From NCBI RefSeq assembly GCF_003324675.1, contig NZ_CP030918.1, positions 1,710,001 to 1,742,000 of the forward strand: DNA of 32,000 bases, given 5' to 3'. The translations under genes were made by a program, and so were the position numbers. This document shows positions 8,131 to 15,661 of the stretch, one piece after another. Every line of letters starts with the position of its first letter. The first letter of the stretch is position 1. The DNA is from Paracoccus suum. GTDB lineage: Bacteria > Pseudomonadota > Alphaproteobacteria > Rhodobacterales > Rhodobacteraceae. The notes under the pieces were generated by a model. The model had not been told where the DNA came from. It worked only from the letters and a program-made list of their open reading frames with translations, and did not search any database.

Positions 8131-8538
8131 TCACCCCAGGTTGCCACGACCAAAACCGAGGTTCAGCAAACGCGAGCGACGCCGTAGATCGGAATACCTG
8201 CTTCTGATGTTTGCTGCGAGCTGTGCCGCGGTGCAGGTCGTCGCCATAGTTTTTCTGAGAGCGGAATGACACGCCCTGCGGCTCCAGATCTCCAAGCCGA
8301 CGATCCAAGGCCGGGTATCGGTGAAAGCCGTCTGGCTGCGCTGCCAGGCCTGAGGACGCAGTTGGTGATGGCTCGGGTCCTCAAGGAGCACCACATCTGG
8401 CTGGCTGTGAGGATTATCGAGGAGCGCGAAGATCAGTCGCAGTTTCGACGGCACCGCCGGCTCCGTGATCTGCTCGAAGCAAATGCCTTGCTTGAAGCGG
8501 TTCTCGAACTCGGAGCGCATCTGCAACCAACGCGGCAT
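8131..8538 (-). CDS. Hypothetical ORF, possibly a relic of a degraded gene
   Basis: 135-aa ORF. The N-terminal 60 aa have protein-like composition (MPRWLQMRSEFENRFKQGICFEQITEPAVPSKLRLIFALLDNPH). The C-terminal half is Arg/Ser-rich and looks non-coding. No family recognised. Confidence 0.2.
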   Translation of the reverse strand: MPRWLQMRSEFENRFKQGICFEQITEPAVPSKLRLIFALLDNPHSQPDVVLLEDPSHHQLRPQAWQRSQTAFTDTRPWIVGLEIWSRRACHSALRKTMATTCTAAQLAANIRSRYSDLRRRSRLLNLGFGRGNLG

Positions 8539-8726
8539 CCTTGGTCGATGGGCCGCTCGGGAGATCGTTGGCGATGTCGCGTGGCGTGGAGCGATCGAGG
8601 CAATTTACGCAGGTGCGTGGGCCGACACGACGATCTGGCCGCTGCCATGCTGATCGCATTGCTGGGCTCCCTCGATCGTCGCCAGCGCCGACCAAAAGAA
8701 CTCTCGAAACGTGGAGAAGAGGCAGC

Positions 8727-9674
8727 ATGAAACCCAGTGGCGACCCTCCGTTATTCGGCGGTCTGATGACCGCACTTGTCACCCCGTACAGGGGTGAGGC
8801 TATCGCTTTCGACGCCTTGGCGGAACTCGCCAACTGGCAGATCGACCAGGGCGTACAGGGGCTTGTCGCCTGCGGCACTACGGGCGAGGCGCCGACCCTG
8901 TCTCATCCGGAATGGGCGGCGGTGATCCGCTTGTGCGTCGAGGTCTCCAATGGCCGTGTGCCGGTGATCGCCGGCTCGGGCACCAACGACACCCGGCGTA
9001 CCGTGGAGTTGACCCGCGAGGCGGCTCGCCTTGGCGCGGATGGTGCTTTGGTCGTCACGCCTTACTATAGTCGGCCGAGCCAAGAGGGCCTGTTCCGGCA
9101 TTTCGAGAGCGTCGCGCAAGCTGCCGAGCTGCCGATCATCATCTATAACGTGCCTTCCCGGACGGCCGTCGATATCAGGATCGAAACGCTCGACCGCCTT
9201 GCGCACCTGCCCGGTCTTGTCGGCGTCAAGGACGCAAGCGGAGATCCGACGCGGGCTAGCACGATGGCCGTCCGATTCGGCGATCGTTTCACGCAGCTTT
9301 CCGGCCATGACCGATCCATGCTGGCTTTCATGGCGACTGGCGGCGACGGCGCCATTTCGGTCGTGTCGAACGTCGCCCCGATGCTGACAGCGGCGATGAT
9401 CGGCGCGGTGCGGAAGAGTGCCTATCTGGAAGCTCGGCGCATCAACGCCCATCTTTTCCCGCTGATCGAGGCGCTGGAGCTTGAAAGCAACCCATGCCCG
9501 GTCAAGTTCGCGTTGCATTGCGCGCGCGGATACTCGCCCGCCGTCCGCCTTCCGCTGGTCGAGGTCACTGAAGGCACCGCAGCAAGAATACGCGCTGCCG
9601 TGGCGGAGATCGACTCCTTGGAGATCGATACGTCTTTGGTCGCCGAGAGGTCTCTCGTCCCCCTCTCGGCCTGA
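8727..9674 (+). CDS. dapA: 4-hydroxy-tetrahydrodipicolinate synthase / DHDPS-family aldolase
   Basis: GTTGEAPTLS, YYSRPSQEG, IYNVPSRT (Tyr and Arg of the active site), and GVKDASGD (Schiff-base Lys). ATG 8727 chosen; the 8541 start of the ORF track adds a non-homologous Arg-rich extension. Confidence 0.85.
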   Translation: MKPSGDPPLFGGLMTALVTPYRGEAIAFDALAELANWQIDQGVQGLVACGTTGEAPTLSHPEWAAVIRLCVEVSNGRVPVIAGSGTNDTRRTVELTREAARLGADGALVVTPYYSRPSQEGLFRHFESVAQAAELPIIIYNVPSRTAVDIRIETLDRLAHLPGLVGVKDASGDPTRASTMAVRFGDRFTQLSGHDRSMLAFMATGGDGAISVVSNVAPMLTAAMIGAVRKSAYLEARRINAHLFPLIEALELESNPCPVKFALHCARGYSPAVRLPLVEVTEGTAARIRAAVAEIDSLEIDTSLVAERSLVPLSA

Positions 9675-9847
9675 TCGGACCGCCCTTATAAGAACAGCAT
9701 GATGCTGCTGTGTTCTCCAATGAAAATACTATGAAATCCGGCTATCCGTGAAATGGAGAACAAATCCCGACATCTTTAAATTCAACGTATCGGCAAAAGG
9801 CATCATTTGACTCGACGAGTGGAAGGGCCTGCCGATACCCAGAAAGG

Positions 9848-10051
9848 ATGTCTGCGATGTACCCTCGTGGTTACTATTTCTATGCGATGCAACAACAGAA
9901 CAAGGCCAACCCTGGGCGGACGGATGGCGAAGCCAAGGTTGCCGTGCGCTCGGATGAGCCGATGGCCGACGTTGGGATGTTCCTGCGGCTCGGAGTCGTG
10001 ATGGCCCTCGTGATTGCGGCCGTCGCCACAGTCACCGCGTTGGCTGGCTAG
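9848..10051 (+). CDS. Hypothetical small membrane-anchored protein (67 aa)
   Basis: C-terminal TM MFLRLGVVMALVIAAVATVTALAG. AAAGGA lies upstream of the start. Confidence 0.3.
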   Translation: MSAMYPRGYYFYAMQQQNKANPGRTDGEAKVAVRSDEPMADVGMFLRLGVVMALVIAAVATVTALAG

Positions 10052-10105
10052 CGCGCCAACGACGTCCACAGCTCACTCTTCAACGAACAATCAGGATCAT
10101 CCACC

Positions 10106-10354
10106 ATGGCAAGCGCCATTCAGCCGAAAGAGCCTCCCCAACCTCTGAACCATTTTTTTGTCGGCCAGGACAACCGAGGATGCTGGACCGTCCGCGATGA
10201 GCGTAACCTCGTCGGCGGCTGCTTTGTCAGCAAGGATGCGGCGATTCACTTCGCCCGTCATGAAACCAATAACGCGCCGGGGGCTGTGATCTGCATGGCC
10301 GAAAGCCAGCGCCTGAGCCTTGACCCGCTGTTTGGACGCCGGGCCGCCGCCTAG
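10106..10354 (+). CDS. Hypothetical protein (82 aa), apparent paralog of 7652..7960
   Basis: AGGA lies 9 nt upstream. Core QDNRGCWTVRDERNLVGGCFVSKDAAIHFAR. A hairpin with a T-tract follows on the same strand. Confidence 0.4.
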   Translation: MASAIQPKEPPQPLNHFFVGQDNRGCWTVRDERNLVGGCFVSKDAAIHFARHETNNAPGAVICMAESQRLSLDPLFGRRAAA

Positions 10355-10443
10355 CCGGTTGCCATCGATCCGACAGAGCCGCGTCACACTCGCTGAATTT
10401 ATCGCGACGATGGCGATGCGAAAGTAACTCTCCCAGTTAAGAT

Positions 10444-10490
10444 AAGCAAAGCTCGCCGCCTCTACCGAGTCGGCGGGCTTTTTGCTTGCC
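10444..10490 (+). terminator. Rho-independent terminator-like hairpin
   Basis: AAGCAAAGC-TCGCCGCC...GGCGGGC-TTTTTGCTT: a GC-rich stem (CCGCC/GGCGG) extended by outer AAGCAAAGC/GCTTTTTGCTT pairing, followed by a T5 run. Confidence 0.5.
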
Positions 10491-10740
10491 AATGGGCGGT
10501 TTGGCAGAAATTCCTATGGAATTTTTATGCAAGCCGCCGAAATAACTATTGGATTCCTATTTTTTGAGGCCCCGTCCTCTCTCGAACCTATATGCGGTTC
10601 GCGTCCATATTTCCGCCAAATTCCTCCTCCGGCACCCGTGCGTACGCAAGGGCGCGCTGGAAGAATTCAACCTGTGACCGGTCAGGACGATCCATCCTGG
10701 GCGGCCATTTGTACCAACAGCGGCGCCGGAGGCGAAAGCA
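10490..10740 (+). promoter_or_regulatory. Putative kdp control region (promoter and possible KdpE operator)
   Basis: AT-rich tract with the perfect inverted repeat AAATTCC-TAT-GGAATTT (10508-10524), repeated ATTCCTAT (10511 and 10553), a TTTTTATGC tract and the palindrome TGACCGGTCA (10675-10684). No TSS can be assigned from sequence alone. Confidence 0.3.
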
Positions 10741-10821
10741 ATGGATGTTCTTGTACTAGCGATAGGGTTCGGATTCTTCGCCTTGATGTTTGGATACATC
10801 AAGCTTTGCGAAAAGCTCTGA
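10741..10821 (+). CDS. Unannotated 26-aa hydrophobic peptide immediately upstream of kdpF
   Basis: GGAGG 8 nt upstream of ATG 10741. Product MDVLVLAIGFGFFALMFGYIKLCEKL is a single TM helix. TGA 10819-10821 lies 16 nt before the kdpF start. Two hairpins sit in its 3' end. Confidence 0.45.
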   Translation: MDVLVLAIGFGFFALMFGYIKLCEKL

Positions 10822-10837
10822 CCCAGGAGGCGGCAAC

Positions 10838-10927
10838 ATGATCTTGGAATATTTCCTTGGGGCAGCAGTCGCGGTGTTTATCACCGGCTACCTGCTTTAC
10901 GCCCTCGCTCGTCCCGAGCGGTTCTGA
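10838..10927 (+). CDS. kdpF: Potassium-transporting ATPase subunit F
   Basis: 29 aa, MILEYFLGAAVAVFITGYLLYALARPERF. It has the KdpF-type GYL(V/L)YAL..(P)E.F motif, AGGAGG upstream, and sits directly before kdpA. Confidence 0.85.
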   Translation: MILEYFLGAAVAVFITGYLLYALARPERF

Positions 10928-10957
10928 TCAAGGCAACAGCTCGGAAAGAAACGACCG

Positions 10958-12655
10958 ATGACAATAAATGGATGGATACAGATCCTAGTCTTTCTCGGGA
11001 TCGTCATCGCGCTGGTGAAGCCGCTCGGCGGCTACATCACGCGTGTCATGAACGGCGAGAGGACCTTCCTTTCGCCGGTTCTGGGACCCGTGGAACGCGG
11101 CCTCTATGGCATGGCCGGAACCAGTGAGAAGGAAGAGCAGCACTGGACGACCTATCTGGGCGCCATGCTGCTGTTCAACCTGGCCGGTTTCGCACTGCTT
11201 TATCTCTTGCAGCGCATCCAGGGCGGTTTGCCCTTCAATCCAGCCGGAATGGGCGCTGTAAGCGCGGATTCGTCGTTCAACACGGCGGTCAGCTTCATGA
11301 CCAACACCAACTGGCAGGGCTATGGCGGCGAAACCACCATGAGCTATCTGACACAGATGGCCGGCATCACGGTGCAGAACTTCGTGTCGGCGGCTGTGGG
11401 CGTGGCCGGGGCCATGGCGATCATTCGCGGCTTCTCTCGCGCGTCCGCCAAGACCGTCGGCAATTTCTGGGTCGATCTGACGCGGGCGACGCTCTACATC
11501 CTGATGCCGATCTGCATCGTCGGCAGCCTGGTGCTGGTGTGGCAAGGCGTTCCGCAGAACCTGAACCCCTACACCGTCGCCACGACGGTTGAAGGCGCTC
11601 AGCAGACTATCGCGCAGGGCCCTGTCGCTTCGCAGATGATCATCAAGCATCTGGGAACGAATGGCGGCGGCTTCTTCAACGCCAACTCTTCCCATCCGTT
11701 CGAGAATCCGACGGCACTGACTAACTTGATCCACATTCTGGCGATCTACTCGATCTCCTTTGCGATGCTGAACGTGTTCGGCCGTATGATCGGTAACCAG
11801 AAGCAGGGTTGGGCACTGCTTGGCGCGGTCCTCAGCATCGTTGTCGCCGGCATCAGCGTCATCTATTGGGCTGAATCCGCTGGAAACCCGCTGCTCCATG
11901 CGCTCGGCCTCGAGGGCGGCAACATGGAAGGCAAGGAGACGCGGTTCGGCATTGCGCTTTCCTCGCTCTTCGCCGTCGTAACGACGTCGGCCTCGACGGG
12001 CGCCGTCAACACTATGCATGACAGCCTCATGCCGCTTGGCGGCCTTGTGCCCCTGTTCAACATGCAGATCCCGCCGCTCGGTGGCATCGGCGCCGGTGTC
12101 TACGGCACCTTGATCTTCGCGATCCTCGCCGTCTTCATCGCCGGTCTGATGGTCGGTCGCACGCCGGAATATATCGGCAAGAAGATCGAGGCCAAGGAAG
12201 TGAAGATGAGCATCCTCGCGATGCTTGGACCGTCGCTCGCCATCTTGGCCCTGACCGCGATCGCCGTCGTTCTTCCTGTTGGCTTGTCCAGCATCCAGGA
12301 CGCTGGCCCGCATGGATTGAGCGAGGTGTTGTACGCCTTCACGTCCGGCGCCAACAACAACGGCAGCGCCTTTGCCGGTCTGAGCGCGAATACGCCCTTC
12401 TACAACATCACTATCGGTCTCGCGATGCTGATGGGGCGCTTCCTGCTCATCGTGCCGGTCCTGGCGATCGCGGGCTCGCTCGCGGCCAAGAAGAGCGTGC
12501 CGGCATCGACGGGAACACTGCCCACGACGGGACCGCTGTTCATCGGCCTTGTCGTTGGCGTGACGCTGATCGTCGGCGGCCTGACGTTCTTCCCGGTCCT
12601 GGCGCTGGGTCCGATCGTCGAGCACTTCGCCATGCTGGCGGGCCAGACGTTCTGA
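10958..12655 (+). CDS. kdpA: Potassium-transporting ATPase potassium-binding subunit A
   Basis: 565 aa polytopic protein with N-terminal [23 protein letters not shown] and [30 protein letters not shown] and [11 protein letters not shown] selectivity-filter-like motifs. Confidence 0.97.
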   Translation: MTINGWIQILVFLGIVIALVKPLGGYITRVMNGERTFLSPVLGPVERGLYGMAGTSEKEEQHWTTYLGAMLLFNLAGFALLYLLQRIQGGLPFNPAGMGAVSADSSFNTAVSFMTNTNWQGYGGETTMSYLTQMAGITVQNFVSAAVGVAGAMAIIRGFSRASAKTVGNFWVDLTRATLYILMPICIVGSLVLVWQGVPQNLNPYTVATTVEGAQQTIAQGPVASQMIIKHLGTNGGGFFNANSSHPFENPTALTNLIHILAIYSISFAMLNVFGRMIGNQKQGWALLGAVLSIVVAGISVIYWAESAGNPLLHALGLEGGNMEGKETRFGIALSSLFAVVTTSASTGAVNTMHDSLMPLGGLVPLFNMQIPPLGGIGAGVYGTLIFAILAVFIAGLMVGRTPEYIGKKIEAKEVKMSILAMLGPSLAILALTAIAVVLPVGLSSIQDAGPHGLSEVLYAFTSGANNNGSAFAGLSANTPFYNITIGLAMLMGRFLLIVPVLAIAGSLAAKKSVPASTGTLPTTGPLFIGLVVGVTLIVGGLTFFPVLALGPIVEHFAMLAGQTF

Positions 12656-12663
12656 GGATCGCG

Positions 12664-12840
12664 ATGACGGCCAAATGGCTGAGATCGATCCGATTTGTCG
12701 TGAACCCTCGCTCCTGGTTTCAGAAGCGAGGGGCGGCCAGACCGCCCAGGGCATCGACGATCATTCTCGGCATGACACTGACTTTGGGGGGCGTGGTGCT
12801 CCTCGCCAAACTTATCACTGAATTGCTCGCGGCGGCGTGA
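12664..12840 (+). CDS. Candidate 58-aa tail-anchored membrane protein in the kdpA-kdpB spacer
   Basis: GAGGA 5 nt upstream of ATG 12664. Product MTAKWLRSIRFVVNPRSWFQKRGAARPPRASTIILGMTLTLGGVVLLAKLITELLAAA. It fills an otherwise unexplained 227-bp gap. The spacer could instead be structured RNA (hairpins 12705-12732 and 12732-12746). Confidence 0.35.
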   Translation: MTAKWLRSIRFVVNPRSWFQKRGAARPPRASTIILGMTLTLGGVVLLAKLITELLAAA

Positions 12841-12882
12841 CCGAGTGGTTGGCCCCCAAGAACAAACTCGCTGGAGTTTCTT

Positions 12883-14952
12883 ATGAACCAGTCCAAATCC
12901 GCGAGCATGCTGGACGCTCGCATACTTGTACCGGCCATTGGCGATGCCTTCCGGAAACTGAATCCGAAGAGCCTCGCCAAAAACCCCGTAATGTTCGTCG
13001 TCGCGGTCGTCTCGGTGCTGACGACGGTGCTGCTGTTGAAGGACATCGCGACCGGGGCCGAAAATGTCGGCTTCTCGCTGCAGATCGTGCTGTGGCTCTG
13101 GTTCACAGTGCTTTTCGCCAACTTTGCCGAAGCCGTCGCCGAAGGGCGCGGCAAGGCGCAGGCGGAATCGCTTCGGCGCACGCGCAGCGAGACCCAGGCC
13201 AAGCTGCTTTCGAACGGCGGCTCCGACTACAAAATGGTGCCCGGGGCCACGCTGAAGGTTGGTGACGTTGTTCTCGTCGAGCCCGGCGACATCATCCCCT
13301 CTGACGGCGAAGTCATCGAGGGCGTCGCGTCGGTGAACGAAGCGGCTATCACCGGCGAATCGGCCCCTGTCATCCGCGAGTCTGGTGGCGACCGCTCCGC
13401 CGTCACTGGCGGCACGCAAGTGCTCTCCGACTGGATCAAGGTCCGGATCACGGCCGCGGCTGGCTCGACCTTCATCGACAAGATGATCGCTCTCGTTGAA
13501 GGCGCCGAGCGCCAGAAAACGCCGAACGAAATCGCGCTCAATATCCTGCTTGCGGGCATGACGCTGATCTTCGTTCTGGCGGTCGTGACCATTCCGAGCT
13601 TCGCGACCTATGCGGGCGGGTATGTTCCCATCATCGTTCTGGTCGCCCTGTTCGTCACGCTGATTCCGACCACCATTGGCGCACTGCTCTCGGCCATCGG
13701 CATTGCCGGTATGGACCGGCTGGTCCGCTTCAATGTTCTGGCCATGTCCGGCCGTGCCGTTGAAGCCGCTGGCGACGTCGACACGCTGCTGCTCGACAAG
13801 ACCGGCACGATCACGCTCGGCAACCGTCAGGCGAGCGAGTTCCGGCCGATCCGGGGCGTCACCGAAAAGGAACTCGCCGATGCAGCGCAGCTTGCTTCGC
13901 TGGCCGACGAGACCCCCGAAGGCCGCTCGATCGTAGTGCTCGCCAAGGAAAAATACGGCATCCGCGCGCGCGACATGGCGAGCCTCAACGCCACCTTCGT
14001 CCCCTTCACGGCGCAGACCCGGATGAGCGGCGTCGACCTGGACGGTTCGACCATCCGCAAGGGCGCGGTCGATGCGGTTCTGAAGCACGTGGATCTCTCC
14101 ACGGTCGCGACCGGCAGCCCGCGCGCGTCCGCCGAAAGCGTTCGTGAGCTTCAGGGCATCGCCGACCAGATCGCCAAGGCAGGCGGCACGCCGCTCGCCG
14201 TGGTGAAGGATGGCCGCCTGCTCGGCGTCATCTACCTCAAGGACATCGTCAAGGGCGGCATCAAGGAACGGTTCGCCGAGCTGCGCCGCATGGGTATCCG
14301 CACGGTGATGATCACCGGCGACAACCCGATGACCGCGGCGGCCATCGCCGCCGAAGCTGGCGTCGATGACTTCCTGGCGCAGGCGACGCCGGAGAACAAG
14401 CTGGCGCTGATCCGTGAGGAGCAGGCCAAGGGCAAGCTGGTCGCCATGTGTGGTGACGGCACCAATGACGCCCCGGCGCTCGCCCAGGCGGATGTCGGCG
14501 TCGCCATGAACACCGGCACGGTCGCCGCCCGCGAGGCCGGCAACATGGTGGATCTCGACAGCGACCCGACCAAGCTGATCGAGATCGTGGAAATCGGCAA
14601 GCAGTTGCTGATGACGCGCGGCGCGCTGACGACGTTCTCGATCGCCAACGATATCGCGAAGTATTTCGCGATCATCCCGGCGATGTTCCTCGTCTTCTAT
14701 CCGCAGCTCGGCGCGCTCAACATCATGGGCCTCGCTTCGCCCGAGAGCGCGATCCTGTCGGCGATCATCTTCAACGCCCTCATCATCGTGGCGCTGATCC
14801 CGCTGTCGCTGAAAGGCGTCAAGTATCGCGCCATCGGAGCGGGTTCGCTGTTGTCCCGTAACCTCCTGATCTACGGCCTGGGCGGCATTCTCGTGCCCTT
14901 CGCCGGCATCAAACTCATCGACATGGCGATCACCGCCGTCGGTCTCGCCTAA
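12883..14952 (+). CDS. kdpB: Potassium-transporting P-type ATPase catalytic subunit B
   Basis: Near-colinear with E. coli KdpB from memory: [63 protein letters not shown]. Confidence 0.97.
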   Translation: MNQSKSASMLDARILVPAIGDAFRKLNPKSLAKNPVMFVVAVVSVLTTVLLLKDIATGAENVGFSLQIVLWLWFTVLFANFAEAVAEGRGKAQAESLRRTRSETQAKLLSNGGSDYKMVPGATLKVGDVVLVEPGDIIPSDGEVIEGVASVNEAAITGESAPVIRESGGDRSAVTGGTQVLSDWIKVRITAAAGSTFIDKMIALVEGAERQKTPNEIALNILLAGMTLIFVLAVVTIPSFATYAGGYVPIIVLVALFVTLIPTTIGALLSAIGIAGMDRLVRFNVLAMSGRAVEAAGDVDTLLLDKTGTITLGNRQASEFRPIRGVTEKELADAAQLASLADETPEGRSIVVLAKEKYGIRARDMASLNATFVPFTAQTRMSGVDLDGSTIRKGAVDAVLKHVDLSTVATGSPRASAESVRELQGIADQIAKAGGTPLAVVKDGRLLGVIYLKDIVKGGIKERFAELRRMGIRTVMITGDNPMTAAAIAAEAGVDDFLAQATPENKLALIREEQAKGKLVAMCGDGTNDAPALAQADVGVAMNTGTVAAREAGNMVDLDSDPTKLIEIVEIGKQLLMTRGALTTFSIANDIAKYFAIIPAMFLVFYPQLGALNIMGLASPESAILSAIIFNALIIVALIPLSLKGVKYRAIGAGSLLSRNLLIYGLGGILVPFAGIKLIDMAITAVGLA

Positions 14953-15603
<651 letters not shown>

Positions 15604-15612
15604 ATGAAGCTG

Positions 15613-15639
15613 TCAGGACGGCTATAATAGCCGTCCTGA
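15613..15639 (+). promoter_or_regulatory. Intercistronic stem-loop between kdpC and kdpD with an embedded TATAAT
   Basis: TCAGGACGGC-TATAATA-GCCGTCCTGA. The arms are perfect for 10-12 bp, the loop contains a consensus -10 hexamer (15623-15628), and no T-tract follows. Confidence 0.4.
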
Positions 15640-15661
15640 ACGTTGATCCGGAGTCAACCGA

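Noticed and set aside
10097-10492. 131-aa minus-strand ORF as an alternative to the plus-strand 82-aa ORF at 10106..10354.
   Set aside because: Its start would lie inside the terminator hairpin. The T-tract orientation and the SD favour the plus-strand gene, and the plus-strand product has a paralog at 7652. The call remains uncertain.
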